Assembly (NCBI GenBank): GCA_001779535.1
Contig: MFKJ01000010.1
Location: forward strand, 1-36,987
DNA length: 36,987 bases
From: Candidatus Jorgensenbacteria bacterium RIFCSPHIGHO2_02_FULL_45_20
GTDB taxonomy: Bacteria > Patescibacteriota > Minisyncoccia > UBA6257 > GWB1-50-10
Reading direction: 5' to 3'
The position numbers and the translations under genes were made by a program. Position 1 is the first letter of the stretch. Each line of letters begins with the position of its first letter. Positions 1 to 9,117 of the stretch are shown piece by piece. Under the pieces are notes generated by a model. It was not told the origin of the DNA and did not search any database. It saw only the letters and a program-made list of their open reading frames with translations.

Positions 1-57
1 GCACAAGAAAAAAAACAGCAAGTATTAAGCACTGCAAACAACCTAAATCAGGAATAA
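1..57 (+). CDS. 3' end of a gene truncated by the window edge (…AQEKKQQVLSTANNLNQE*)
   Basis: Frame 1 is open from base 1 to TAA at 55-57, followed by TGA and a hairpin at 88-121. Too short to identify. Confidence 0.4.
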   Translation, partial: AQEKKQQVLSTANNLNQE

Positions 58-87
58 TGAATTATGAATGACCGATTAGTGAGGGTT

Positions 88-121
88 GGACGTCCGACGT
101 CATACACGACGTCGGACGTCC
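88..121. repeat. Perfect inverted repeat, REP-doublet-like
   Basis: GGACGTCCGACGTC-atacac-GACGTCGGACGTCC: 14-bp arms and 6-nt loop; resembles 35036-35082. Confidence 0.85.
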
Positions 122-151
122 TTATATTTATTCACGTCATAAGAAAAACAC

Positions 152-180
152 TGGACATACGCGTGTTTTAGTGGTATAAT
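152..180 (+). promoter_or_regulatory. Sigma70-type promoter for the 75-aa ORF
   Basis: TGGACA (152-157), 17-nt spacer, TATAAT (175-180), with extended TGn. An AAAACAC/GTGTTTT inverted repeat (145-151/163-169) brackets the -35. Confidence 0.75.
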
Positions 181-248
181 TATAGATAGTAAAACTTGAT
201 AATTCAAGCTTTGTAACCTTTTACGATTTACATTACAAGGAGAGAAAA

Positions 249-476
249 ATGAAACTGAAACGTTATGTTGTAATGTTTATTGCGATGCTGGCAGTGGTCG
301 TCCAGCAAAGCTGTGGAGTGTTGTGTGAGGGAGGGGGTTGGGAAAAGAATGTCACCCCTACTCACCCTACTCTATGGTGGCCACAATGGTTACCGATTGT
401 GGCAATGGTTTTTCTGTTATTTGCTAGACGAAGATTGGTGAGTTTTTTTCACAGATTTGTTTCATTTCGCTCATAA
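249..476 (+). CDS. Small membrane or secreted protein, 75 aa (signal-like N-terminus, C-terminal TM helix followed by RRR)
   Basis: Has its own promoter, SD AAGGAG at 237-242, ATG start and downstream terminator; two hydrophobic segments. Confidence 0.7.
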   Translation: MKLKRYVVMFIAMLAVVVQQSCGVLCEGGGWEKNVTPTHPTLWWPQWLPIVAMVFLLFARRRLVSFFHRFVSFRS

Positions 477-484
477 TTAATCAC

Positions 485-514
485 ACTCCGCGCGCCCGCG
501 CGGAGTTTGCTTTT
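485..514 (+). terminator. Intrinsic terminator of the small ORF
   Basis: ACTCCGCGC-gccc-GCGCGGAGT followed by TTGCTTTT. Confidence 0.75.
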
Positions 515-595
515 ATATATTCGCTTTGAATTTATTCAGTCCGCCAGCTGATAAATTAAAACTTTGTTTTCAGGTTTTTATCTTGGGTTCTCTTT

Positions 596-835
596 ATTAA
601 ATCCCCGCTCTAACACCCCGCCGCTTGCGGTGCGGTTATTCATTTCTTTCATTCGAAATTCATTCGAAATTCACCCGTCTGCGCAGGTAGGCCAGCTATA
701 CCGTAGCTTCGGTGTAGGTTTTGGATTTCGGAATTTAAACATTTAGATTTATTTAGGATTTGGATATTAGGGTTTAGGATTTTTGCTTGTACAATACTTA
801 CTACTTTATACTCGATACTTTATACACTTATATTC
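596..835. repeat. Composite intergenic repeat: family B arm with hairpin insert, GC hairpins, family A arm (717-784), family D tract (about 793-835)
   Basis: 641-672 matches the reverse complement of 2354-2384; 701-784 matches 16058-16141; 767-835 resembles 31047-31113; 615-644 matches 23809-23838 at 28/30. Confidence 0.8.
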
Positions 836-863
836 TCCCAATTTTTATTTTTCAATTTTGCGC

Positions 864-1634
864 TTACTTCGTAAGCACTTCCGCCCCTTCTTCCGTAATC
901 GCCACAGTGTGCTCGAAGTGCGCGCTCACGCTTCCGTCTTTAGTCGCGAAGCTTTCGTCCGGTAGTTCAATTATTTCATCTGAACCGGCGGCGAACATCG
1001 GCTCAATCGCCAGCACCATTCCCTCCATAAGTTTTATCCCGGTTCCCTTTTTGCCGAAATTATACACCATTGGCTCTTCGTGCACTTTGAATCCGACCCC
1101 GTGTCCGGTGAGTCCTCTTACAACCGAGACATTGCTTCGCTTCGCGCGCGCCTCTATCGCGTACCCTATGTCTCCGAGATGCTTGCCCGGCACGCACTCG
1201 CCTATCCCGTCGTAAAGCGCTTCTTCAGTCGCCTCTACGAGTTTCAGCAATTTATCCGGCAGTTTTCCAACACCCACAGTCGCGGCGGCGTCTGTTATTC
1301 GTCCTTTATATTCGACTCCTATGTCTATTTTCACTACATCGCCTTCGCGTATCCTGCGCTCGCCTGGAACTCCGTGCACTATCTTGTTGTTTATCGAAAT
1401 ACAAATAGCGGCCGGGTACGCTCTCAAAGTGCCTTCGGGGCGGTAGTTTAAGAAAGCCGGCCGCGCGCCGCGTTCTTTAAGCATCTCGCGGGCAAGCGCG
1501 TCAAGCGAACGCGTTTTGACTCCCGTCTGAACGTTTTTTTTCAGCTCGTTCAAAACAAAGGCCAGTATGGCCCCTGACTCGCGAAGCGTTTTTATATCCT
1601 CCTTCGTCTTAATTATTTGCGAAAAACTTTTCAC
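864..1634 (-). CDS. map: Methionine aminopeptidase type I
   Basis: CISINNKIVHGVP, DIG, DAA, GHGVG, HEEP, AIEPM and SAHFEHT motifs; follows adk. Confidence 0.97.
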   Translation of the reverse strand: MKSFSQIIKTKEDIKTLRESGAILAFVLNELKKNVQTGVKTRSLDALAREMLKERGARPAFLNYRPEGTLRAYPAAICISINNKIVHGVPGERRIREGDVVKIDIGVEYKGRITDAAATVGVGKLPDKLLKLVEATEEALYDGIGECVPGKHLGDIGYAIEARAKRSNVSVVRGLTGHGVGFKVHEEPMVYNFGKKGTGIKLMEGMVLAIEPMFAAGSDEIIELPDESFATKDGSVSAHFEHTVAITEEGAEVLTK

Positions 1635-2311
1635 GAAAGTTTAAGCGCGGCAGAAATCGCTTTATGCACTTTATACGGGGCAGGAATTCCATTTATTGTC
1701 TTCACCGTGTATTTTTTGCGCTTCGCCGCGGCAATAATCGGAAGCGTCTTGTTCCTGTATTCTTTGAGGCGTTCTAAAATCACCTTCGGAGCATCAAGCG
1801 TTCTCCGGCGCAACGCTCCGGCGCAAAACGCGCACTTGTTCCCGCCGGCGTCAGCGAGGCGAGGCAAACCGCAAACACCGCACACAAAACGCGCGCTGTT
1901 CCTTTTTAGCGATTCCTTGTCTGTTGTTTTAAGCTGAATAATTGTAATATTTTTCTTACCGTACGTCTTGGACAGAAAACTAAGCAACCCTTCGGTTTTT
2001 TTATCGCCAAACGCTTCTGTAATCGTCCGCGGCGAACCGCTGAACACGACGCTGTACCCGCCTTTCCATATTCCTTCCGTCTTTTTCTTCATCACGTCCA
2101 GCACGAACGACGTAGTCATAAGTTTTCCGCTGTCAAAAGACGCTTTTTCTCTCTTCAGAACTTTGTCCTTCCGCGCCTCCGGAGAATTGACAAGCGCCTC
2201 CAAAAACCGTCCTGTGTCAAAATGAATGAAATTATATCTCTTCGCAAGCAACTCCGCCTGCGTTCCCTTGCCCGCCCCCGGCGCCCCGTAAATGATAATA
2301 GCTTTTTCCAT
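1631..2311 (-). CDS. adk: Adenylate kinase family NMP kinase with Zn-type lid
   Basis: P-loop GAPGAGKGTQA; lid CGVC…CAFC; secY-adk-map synteny. Start set at MEKAII (2311). Confidence 0.9.
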   Translation of the reverse strand: MEKAIIIYGAPGAGKGTQAELLAKRYNFIHFDTGRFLEALVNSPEARKDKVLKREKASFDSGKLMTTSFVLDVMKKKTEGIWKGGYSVVFSGSPRTITEAFGDKKTEGLLSFLSKTYGKKNITIIQLKTTDKESLKRNSARFVCGVCGLPRLADAGGNKCAFCAGALRRRTLDAPKVILERLKEYRNKTLPIIAAAKRKKYTVKTINGIPAPYKVHKAISAALKLS

Positions 2312-2333
2312 ATATGGATTATACACTAAAAAC

Positions 2334-2511
2334 AATTTTAAATTTTGAAACTCGAATTTTGAGTGAAATTCGAATGAAAGAATGATGGTTCGACTTCGCT
2401 CACCACAAAACGAAACAAAAAGAATGGGATTTATTCAGAATGGTTATTCTGTGTTTAAGTAATTAATTATTTCGAAATTGATTCGAAATTCAAAATTCAT
2501 AATTCGAAATT
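2334..2511. repeat. Family B element, copy 1, carrying hairpin insert TGGTTCGACTTCGCTCACCA (2386-2405)
   Basis: Collinear with 28045-28207; the ends are imperfect inverted repeats built from ATTCGAA-like heptamers. Confidence 0.88.
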
Positions 2512-2543
2512 CCCTCTCTATTCTACCCACTACTCATTTCCAA

Positions 2544-3812
2544 TCAAAATTTATCATATTCCCTTATAGTGAGCTGTGACTCTATCTGTTTCATCACCTC
2601 AAGCGCCACGGCAACGACTATAAGAAGTCCAGTGCCTCCCAAGGTAAGCGACTTTATGCCGGTGAACATTCGCGTAATATTCGGCAGAATGGCTATCACG
2701 CCGAGAAACACGGCGCCGAAAAGCGTAATGCGGTGGACTGTTTTAGATATAACTTCCGCGGTTGCCTGCCCGGGGCGTATGCCGGGAATAAAGCCGCCGC
2801 TCTTCTGAAGGTTCTTCGATATTTCATCAGGGTCGAAAGTAATCGCCGTGTAAAAATAGGTGAATATGACGACCAAAATGAAATACAGGACGCTGTAAAT
2901 TATCTGATTGTTGAAAAAATAATTCACTATTCCATTCACGCGATACGACAAATCCGGCGACAAAATGGATATTATCTGCGCGAAAAACTGCGGAAAAAGC
3001 AGAAGGGAAATCGCGAATATTATAGGGATGACTCCGGCCTGGTTCACGCGGAGAGGAAGATATGTTGAAACGCCGCCGTACATTTTGTTGCCGCGCACCT
3101 GCTTGGCGTATGAAACCGGCACTTTCCGTTCGCCCTCGTTTACAAAAACAACTCCCGCTATAACGACTATGCTTAAAACTATAAAGATGAGATAGGTTGG
3201 CAGTTCGGCCGGCGTGTAAGTAAGCGCGCCGGCGGAAAACATCTGCGGAATCCTACTCACTATTCCGGCAAAAATCAGGAGTGAAACGCCGTTCCCTATC
3301 TTATATTCGGAAATCAGTTCCCCTATCCACATCAAAAGCACGCTTCCCGCCGTTACTATTATCACGTTCGTTACCATCTGCGCGAGCGGAAGCGGGTCGA
3401 GCACTTTCTGCGAAATCAAAAGATTCAAAAAACTGTATCCCTGAAGCGCCGCGAGAGGAACGGTAAGAAATCGCGACGTGCGGTTGAATTTCGCCCTCCC
3501 TTCCGCGCCTTCTTCATAGTATGCCTTTTTTAAGCTCGGAAAAACTATCGTGAGAAGCTGCATTATGATGGTCGCGGTGATGTAAGGACCTACCCCGAGC
3601 ATAACGAGCGACAAACTGCTTAGTCCGCCGCCGGAAAAAAGGTCCAACAGCCCGAGAAGCTGGCTTGAACCGAAAAACTCGCTAAGGCGTCCGGTGTCTA
3701 TGCCTGGAATCGGTATCGCGGCGAGAATTCTGAAGGCAACAAGAAGAAGCGACACCATAAGTATTTTTCTCCTTAAATCGGGTATCTTGAAAATTTCAAG
3801 AAATTTGTTCAT
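2544..3812 (-). CDS. secY: Preprotein translocase subunit SecY
   Basis: LGVGPYITATII, IGNGVSLLIFAGI, GVIPIIFA, FIPGIRPG and GGTGLLIVV motifs. Confidence 0.99.
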   Translation of the reverse strand: MNKFLEIFKIPDLRRKILMVSLLLVAFRILAAIPIPGIDTGRLSEFFGSSQLLGLLDLFSGGGLSSLSLVMLGVGPYITATIIMQLLTIVFPSLKKAYYEEGAEGRAKFNRTSRFLTVPLAALQGYSFLNLLISQKVLDPLPLAQMVTNVIIVTAGSVLLMWIGELISEYKIGNGVSLLIFAGIVSRIPQMFSAGALTYTPAELPTYLIFIVLSIVVIAGVVFVNEGERKVPVSYAKQVRGNKMYGGVSTYLPLRVNQAGVIPIIFAISLLLFPQFFAQIISILSPDLSYRVNGIVNYFFNNQIIYSVLYFILVVIFTYFYTAITFDPDEISKNLQKSGGFIPGIRPGQATAEVISKTVHRITLFGAVFLGVIAILPNITRMFTGIKSLTLGGTGLLIVVAVALEVMKQIESQLTIREYDKF

Positions 3813-3821
3813 AACAGTTTC

Positions 3822-4247
3822 TTACTCGGACACTGTGCCGCCGGCAGACAATATCTTCTTTTTGGCACTTTCGGAAACACGGAGACCGATGATTTTGAAG
3901 GCCTTTTTCACGTCGCCGTCTCCTAAAATCTTGAGTTGGATACCCGAACTTTTTACCACCCTGTGTTTCAAAAACGTTTTTTTTGAGATAACCGTCTCAT
4001 TTTTGAAGGTTTTATCCAGGTCGCCAACATTCAATACAAACATTTTCGGTGTTCTGATTTTATTTTTGACTCCGCGCAACTTCGGGATTTTGGACAAAAT
4101 ATCCCTTTCAGCCGGGCGTATTCTGTGCCCCGCGCGCGCTTTTTGCCCTTTTTGTCCGCGCCCCGAAGTAGTGCCGCGTTTGCCGCCGCGCCCTATTCTT
4201 TTTTTATTCTTACGCGGACTGGTTTGTCTTATTTCTTGTATAAACAT
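3822..4247 (-). CDS. rplO: 50S ribosomal protein L15
   Basis: RIGRGGKRGTTSGRGQKGQKARAG, KILGDG and SAKKKI…GG; directly upstream of secY. Start set at MFIQEI. Confidence 0.95.
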   Translation of the reverse strand: MFIQEIRQTSPRKNKKRIGRGGKRGTTSGRGQKGQKARAGHRIRPAERDILSKIPKLRGVKNKIRTPKMFVLNVGDLDKTFKNETVISKKTFLKHRVVKSSGIQLKILGDGDVKKAFKIIGLRVSESAKKKILSAGGTVSE

Positions 4248-4263
4248 AAATTTTATGTGCAAT

Positions 4264-4773
4264 TTATTCTTCGGCGTTTCCGGCATCCGGCTCTCTTTCT
4301 TCCGACGTCTTCGCCCTGCTTTTCAACTTCTTTATGGCTTCCATTGTCGCCATCGCGTTCGTCAGTTTATTTGTCGTCCTCCCTAATATCTTGGCCGAAA
4401 CGTCCTTTACTCCGAGAAGTTCAAGCACGGCTCGCACCGAGCCGCCGGCTATAAGGCCATGTCCTTCGCGCGCCGGTTTAAGCCGCACGCGCGCCGCGCT
4501 GTATTTCGCCTCCACGTCATAAGGCAACGTCCTTCCGGCAAAAAGCTCCACTTTTATCATCTTTTTCTCCGCCTGGCGTTTGGCTTTTTCAACGGCGGAG
4601 GCCACGTCGAGTCCTTTGGCCATTCCTATTCCGACCCTTCCCTTTCTGTCTCCTGAAACCACGGTCGCGCGGAAACTGAAACGCTTGCCCCCGGCAACAA
4701 CGCGGGTAACACGCCTGATTTCAAGAGTTCTTTCGTCAAACTCGCTTTTTCTTTGCTTAAAAAATGGTTTCAT
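4264..4773 (-). CDS. rpsE: 30S ribosomal protein S5
   Basis: RVTRVVAGGKRFSFRATVVSGD and GLIAGGSVRAVLELLG motifs. Confidence 0.98.
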   Translation of the reverse strand: MKPFFKQRKSEFDERTLEIRRVTRVVAGGKRFSFRATVVSGDRKGRVGIGMAKGLDVASAVEKAKRQAEKKMIKVELFAGRTLPYDVEAKYSAARVRLKPAREGHGLIAGGSVRAVLELLGVKDVSAKILGRTTNKLTNAMATMEAIKKLKSRAKTSEEREPDAGNAEE

Positions 4774-4783
4774 TGGTTTGTTG

Positions 4784-5140
4784 TTAGAAAATCAATTTGC
4801 TTTCGCGAGCGCCTTCCGCGAGCGCTTTTACCCGTCCGTGATATTTATACCTTCCGCGGTCGAACACGGCTTTGGTGATGCCCGACTTTAAGGCCTTTTC
4901 AGCAATCATTTTGCCGACCTCTTTTGCGGCTTCAAGCTTGCTTTTTTTACTTCCTTTAATTTCATTGGAAGAAGCCGAAACAAGCGTTTTGCCCGTCGAA
5001 TCATCAATAAGCTGGGCGTATGTCTGTGTGTTGCTTCTGAAAACCGAAAGGCGCGGGGCGTCTTTCGTGCCCTTTCCTATGGTTTTTCTTATTTTCGCCG
5101 CGCGGCGGTTTTTCTTCGCGTTATAACTTTTTTTGTCCAT
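4784..5140 (-). CDS. rplR: 50S ribosomal protein L18
   Basis: PRLSVFRSN and [21 protein letters not shown] motifs. Confidence 0.98.
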   Translation of the reverse strand: MDKKSYNAKKNRRAAKIRKTIGKGTKDAPRLSVFRSNTQTYAQLIDDSTGKTLVSASSNEIKGSKKSKLEAAKEVGKMIAEKALKSGITKAVFDRGRYKYHGRVKALAEGARESKLIF

Positions 5141-5153
5141 ATTTTTATTTCTT

Positions 5154-5708
5154 TTACGAAGCGGAAGCGCTTGTAGTGCTCTTCTTTCCGGCTTTTCTTC
5201 TTACAACCTCATCGGAATATCTGAATCCCTTGCCCTTGTACGGTTCGGCTTTTTTCATGGCGCGGATCTCCGCCGCCACTTTTCCGACGAGCGCCTTGTC
5301 GGTTCCTTTTATTTTTAGAATGGAGTTTTTTTCAATCTCGAATGAAATGCCAGGCGTCTTCGGATACAACACCGGATGGGAAAATCCGATATGGAGCGTA
5401 AGTCCGTCTCCGTCTTCCATTATACGGAATCCGACACCTTCAAGTATGAGTGTTTTTTCAAATCCCTTGGTAAGCCCGATAACCGCGTTCGCCGTAAGAG
5501 CTTTCAACGTCCCCCAGTTGCTGCGCGCTTGTTGGGAATTTCTGAATGTTTCAAAAGAAAGCGACGAGCCGCTCAAAACAGGCCTTACTCCGTCTAAAAT
5601 TTTGACTTTGGCTTCCCCCGCCGCGCTTTTCAAAACTATATCGAAATCGGTTACCGATGCCGTTATTCCGTTCGGTATCTCAATTATTTGTTTCCCTATT
5701 TTGCTCAT
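5154..5708 (-). CDS. rplF: 50S ribosomal protein L6
   Basis: MSKIGK start, GVGFR, GFSHP and [10 protein letters not shown]…RRKAGK motifs. Confidence 0.98.
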   Translation of the reverse strand: MSKIGKQIIEIPNGITASVTDFDIVLKSAAGEAKVKILDGVRPVLSGSSLSFETFRNSQQARSNWGTLKALTANAVIGLTKGFEKTLILEGVGFRIMEDGDGLTLHIGFSHPVLYPKTPGISFEIEKNSILKIKGTDKALVGKVAAEIRAMKKAEPYKGKGFRYSDEVVRRKAGKKSTTSASAS

Positions 5709-5740
5709 ATATAGATGTATGTTTACTTTGAGGTTTATCC

Positions 5741-6112
5741 CTACCAAATTTCAAACAGTGTCTGTCCGCCTAGTTTATTTTTTTTTGCCCTGACTCCCGA
5801 CATTATTCCTTTCGGAGTCGAAACCATCATAATTCCATGCCCGCTCTTAACGGGCTTGAATTTTTTATAACCACCGTACCTTCTGACCGACGGGCGGCTT
5901 AAAAACTTTATGCCCTCTATCGGCCTGTCCTTCGAAAACGAAACTTCAATGATTTTTTTCGGCGGGCGTCCTTTTATGTCCATTTTCTTCACGAACCCGT
6001 ACCGCTTCAGTTCTTCAAGAACAGCGTAATCCATTCTCGAATAGCGGGTTTTAAGCGAGCGTTTGCCGGAGCGTTCCGCATTTTTGATTTTTATCAAAAG
6101 GTCTATATACAT
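5741..6112 (-). CDS. rpsH: 30S ribosomal protein S8
   Basis: DLLIKIKNA, SRPSVRRY, GIMMVSTPKGIM and GGQTLFEIW motifs. Confidence 0.97.
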   Translation of the reverse strand: MYIDLLIKIKNAERSGKRSLKTRYSRMDYAVLEELKRYGFVKKMDIKGRPPKKIIEVSFSKDRPIEGIKFLSRPSVRRYGGYKKFKPVKSGHGIMMVSTPKGIMSGVRAKKNKLGGQTLFEIW

Positions 6113-6124
6113 ATATTTTTATCG

Positions 6125-6310
6125 CTACCAGCTTGATTTTTTGATTCCGGGAATGTCCCCATTGCTCGCCAGCTCGCGGAAGCAGATTCTGCAAACGTTG
6201 AAATCGCGCATATAGCCGCGCTTTCTTCCGCACCTGAAACAGCGGCGCACAATCCGACTTGAAAATTTCGGTTTCTTGCGCGAACGGGCTATTGTAGATT
6301 TTTTAGCCAT
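6125..6310 (-). CDS. rpsN: 30S ribosomal protein S14, short Zn-binding type
   Basis: 61 aa; RCFRCGR…CRICFRE…IPGIKKSSW. Confidence 0.98.
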   Translation of the reverse strand: MAKKSTIARSRKKPKFSSRIVRRCFRCGRKRGYMRDFNVCRICFRELASNGDIPGIKKSSW

Positions 6311-6313
6311 AAA

Positions 6314-6790
6314 TCAGCTTTTTAATGGTACATTCGACGACCTGTAAAAATCAATTGCTTTGTCTCTGTTTTTCACAATAGGCACGATTGTAATTTGAAA
6401 TCCGAAACTGGTGGTTGAACGGTCGGCGTCAATCTCCGGAAACACGTATTGATCGCGGAACCCGACATTCAAATTGCCCATCTTATCAACGCATCCGGTA
6501 TCAATCCCGCGAAAATCTTTTACTCTTGGAAAAATTATGTTATTTAATTTTATAAAAAAATCGTTCATTTTTTTCCCGCGGAGCGTTATCTGGATGCCCA
6601 CGGCATCGCCTTCGCGTATCTTAAAATTTGAAATGGATATTTTGGCACGTCTCACGGCTCCGCGCTGCCCGGCGATAAGCGCGAGTTCGTTCATAATTTC
6701 CGGCAAAACCTTGTCTTTGAAATGCGGAACCTGCGACAATCTTCCGATGCCTGCATTTATAACTATTTTCTCTAAAAATTTGTTGCTCAT
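6314..6790 (-). CDS. rplE: 50S ribosomal protein L5 (apparently short at the N-terminus)
   Basis: LEKIVINAGIG, FKIREG, ITLRG, PRVKDFRG and FPEI motifs. ATG at 6790; an alternative TTG at 6850 overlaps rplX. Confidence 0.95.
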   Translation of the reverse strand: MSNKFLEKIVINAGIGRLSQVPHFKDKVLPEIMNELALIAGQRGAVRRAKISISNFKIREGDAVGIQITLRGKKMNDFFIKLNNIIFPRVKDFRGIDTGCVDKMGNLNVGFRDQYVFPEIDADRSTTSFGFQITIVPIVKNRDKAIDFYRSSNVPLKS

Positions 6791-6819
6791 ATACGTATTA
6801 TTCCCCGTGTATTTTTTGT

Positions 6820-7119
6820 TTATATCGCCGCTCCGCACTTCCGGCAACATCTTGTTTTTTTTCCGTCTTCAATGCGGTATTGTTCCCTAACCGCCCTGTT
6901 GCACGAAGAGCATACAACCATTGCGTTCGAAACGTCAAACGGGCGTATAATGGAAACGACCTCGCCCTTTTCTCCCTGCCTTTTCGGCTTGGAATGTTTT
7001 TTGTAAACATTCACGCCCTCGACCGTTATTTTCCCGGCGCGCGTATCAAAACGGAGAATCTTGCCTGTTTTGCCTCTGTCTTTGCCGCTTATTATTTTTA
7101 CCGTATCGCCTTTTTTCAT
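6820..7119 (-). CDS. rplX: 50S ribosomal protein L24 with two CxxC pairs
   Basis: KOW motif KKGDTVKIISGKDRGKTG, VEGVN, and CSSC…CRKC. Confidence 0.97.
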   Translation of the reverse strand: MKKGDTVKIISGKDRGKTGKILRFDTRAGKITVEGVNVYKKHSKPKRQGEKGEVVSIIRPFDVSNAMVVCSSCNRAVREQYRIEDGKKTRCCRKCGAAI

Positions 7120-7145
7120 AATTATTTTGTATATAGAAGAAGAGG

Positions 7146-7511
7146 TTATACCAACTCTTCGGCAAGCGACGCTATTGTGTCATATCCTTTTTCTTTTATC
7201 TCTCTCGGAATCGGACCGAAAATCCTTGTCGCGCGCGGTTCTTTCTTGTCGAGAATAACGGCGGCATTATCGTCAAAACGCACGTAAGAACCGTCTTTGC
7301 GCCTGAGGGGAAAGCGGCCGCGGACCACAAGCGCGCGCACCTTTTCTTTCTTTTTCACTGCTTTTCTCGGTTCAGCCGACTGAACAGATGCGACTATGAC
7401 GTCCCCTATCTTCGCGTATCTTTTTCTCGTTCCGCCAAGCACGCGGAAACAGCGGATAAACTTAGCTCCGGAATTGTCTGCGACCGCCAATATCGAGCGT
7501 TCCTGTATCAT
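7146..7511 (-). CDS. rplN: 50S ribosomal protein L14
   Basis: VADNSGAK, RFDDNAAV and TRIFGP motifs. Confidence 0.99.
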   Translation of the reverse strand: MIQERSILAVADNSGAKFIRCFRVLGGTRKRYAKIGDVIVASVQSAEPRKAVKKKEKVRALVVRGRFPLRRKDGSYVRFDDNAAVILDKKEPRATRIFGPIPREIKEKGYDTIASLAEELV

Positions 7512-7514
7512 ATA

Positions 7515-7766
7515 TTATTCAGCTTTTGAAATTATCGTCCACCTTTTGTCTTTAGATATGGGCCTTGTTTCCTGAATCATAACCTTCGCGCCGATTGCGT
7601 ATCCGTTTTTCTCGTCGTGTGCTTTGTATCTCCTGCTCACTTTGAAATATTTGTCATACCGCGCGTGTTTTTTGAGGCGCGTTACTTCAACAACGCGCGT
7701 TTTGGACATCTTGTCCGAAACGACAATTCCCTCTAATATTCTTTTTTGCGTTTTTTTGTTCTCCAT
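7515..7766 (-). CDS. rpsQ: 30S ribosomal protein S17
   Basis: [15 protein letters not shown] and [11 protein letters not shown] motifs. Confidence 0.98.
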   Translation of the reverse strand: MENKKTQKRILEGIVVSDKMSKTRVVEVTRLKKHARYDKYFKVSRRYKAHDEKNGYAIGAKVMIQETRPISKDKRWTIISKAE

Positions 7767-7768
7767 AA

Positions 7769-7984
7769 TTATTTGTCCTGTCGGGCAATGGCGCTTTTTT
7801 GGGTTATTAACGTGTTTATCTGGGCTATTGATTTACGAACTGCTCTTAGTTCCTTCAAACTCTTTATCTTTCCGGAAGCAACGTCAAGTTTTAAGACCGC
7901 GCCTTTTTCCTCCAAGTCCGCGATGGCCCGTTCGAGTTCGGCAAGCGGTTTGCTTTTGAATTCCTTAAACTCGTTTTTTTTCAT
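7769..7984 (-). CDS. rpmC: 50S ribosomal protein L29
   Basis: [12 protein letters not shown]; lies between rplP and rpsQ. Confidence 0.93.
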   Translation of the reverse strand: MKKNEFKEFKSKPLAELERAIADLEEKGAVLKLDVASGKIKSLKELRAVRKSIAQINTLITQKSAIARQDK

Positions 7985-8397
7985 GTTGCAAGAGTTATGA
8001 TTTTTGTCCTGACCGGCAATTTATGCCCGGCGAGGCGCAACGCCTCAAGCGCGATTTTCTCCGATACCCCCCCTATTTCAAAAAGAATTCTGCCCGGCTT
8101 CACCGGAAACACGTAACTGTCTATGTTTCCTTTTCCGCCTCCGAGAGTAACCTCCGGCGGAAGTTTTGTAACGGGCTTGTCGGGAAAAATGCGTATCCAA
8201 ACCCTACCCTCGCGTTTCATAGCGTGAGCGAGCGTTTTCCTCACCGATTCTATCTGCCGTGAGTTTACCCACGAAGAAGAGGTCGCCTGAAGTCCGTACT
8301 CTCCGTAGCTTATGGTAAGCCCGCGGGTTTCGGTAGTGCGCCTGCGTGAGCGCCCTTTTTGCATTTTGCGGTGTTTTTGTTTTTTTGGCTGTAACAT
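7981..8397 (-). CDS. rplP: 50S ribosomal protein L16
   Basis: MLQPKK, WIRIFPDKP, GGGKG, KPGRILFE and KLP motifs. Confidence 0.99.
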   Translation of the reverse strand: MLQPKKQKHRKMQKGRSRRRTTETRGLTISYGEYGLQATSSSWVNSRQIESVRKTLAHAMKREGRVWIRIFPDKPVTKLPPEVTLGGGKGNIDSYVFPVKPGRILFEIGGVSEKIALEALRLAGHKLPVRTKIITLAT

Positions 8398-8419
8398 ATT
8401 TTACGCGCGCTTTGTTTTT

Positions 8420-9100
8420 TTATCTTACATTTCTGTTCCCAAACACGTCGCCTTTGTATATCCAAACCTTGACTCCGACGGTTCCATAAGTATTAAAAGA
8501 AGTCGCTTCGCCGTAATCAATGTTCGCGCGAAGTTTTTGGAGCGGCATTCTCCCGAACGCCAGCCAATCACTTCTCGATATTTCCGCGCCGTTAAGCCGT
8601 CCGGAAAGTTTGATTTTCGCGCCCAGCGTTTCTTTATTCTGCTTCAAAAGCTCAAGGTGTCGCTTCAAAATGCTCCTGTATGGAAATCTTTTTTCAATAT
8701 CAAAAGCTATCTGCTGCGCCGTTACGGCCGCCGAAACCTCCGTGCGCTTTAATTCTTCCACGTTAATGCTCAAAACAAACTGCGGCGGTTTCTTATTCTC
8801 GGCGCGCAATTTTTTTATCGCCGAGAGCAAAGCGTTCTTAAGTTCGTCTATTCCCTGTCCGCCCCTTCCTATTATAAGACCCGGGCGGCCCGCTTTGATG
8901 TTCACGCGTATCACATTATTGCCGGCGCGTTCTATATCTATAGCCGCTATTCCCGCGACCAAAACTTTCTTTCTTACAACTTTCCTTATAAGACAGTCCT
9001 CTTCAATGTAAAACTTCATTGATTTCTTAAAAAACCACCTGCTGTTCCACGGCAGCGTGATGCCTAATCTAAGCGTATTTGGTTTTATTTTCTGTGCCAT
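8420..9100 (-). CDS. rpsC: 30S ribosomal protein S3
   Basis: MAQKIKPNTLRLGI, RPGLIIGRGG, SGRLNGAEISR and YGTVGVKVWIYKG motifs. Confidence 0.98.
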   Translation of the reverse strand: MAQKIKPNTLRLGITLPWNSRWFFKKSMKFYIEEDCLIRKVVRKKVLVAGIAAIDIERAGNNVIRVNIKAGRPGLIIGRGGQGIDELKNALLSAIKKLRAENKKPPQFVLSINVEELKRTEVSAAVTAQQIAFDIEKRFPYRSILKRHLELLKQNKETLGAKIKLSGRLNGAEISRSDWLAFGRMPLQKLRANIDYGEATSFNTYGTVGVKVWIYKGDVFGNRNVR

Positions 9101-9117
9101 AATAGTCAATGGGTTAA

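Noticed and set aside
564..746. 60-aa ORF across the repeat mosaic (likewise 16078-16398)
   Set aside because: TTG start, no initiation signal, and composed of repeat DNA.
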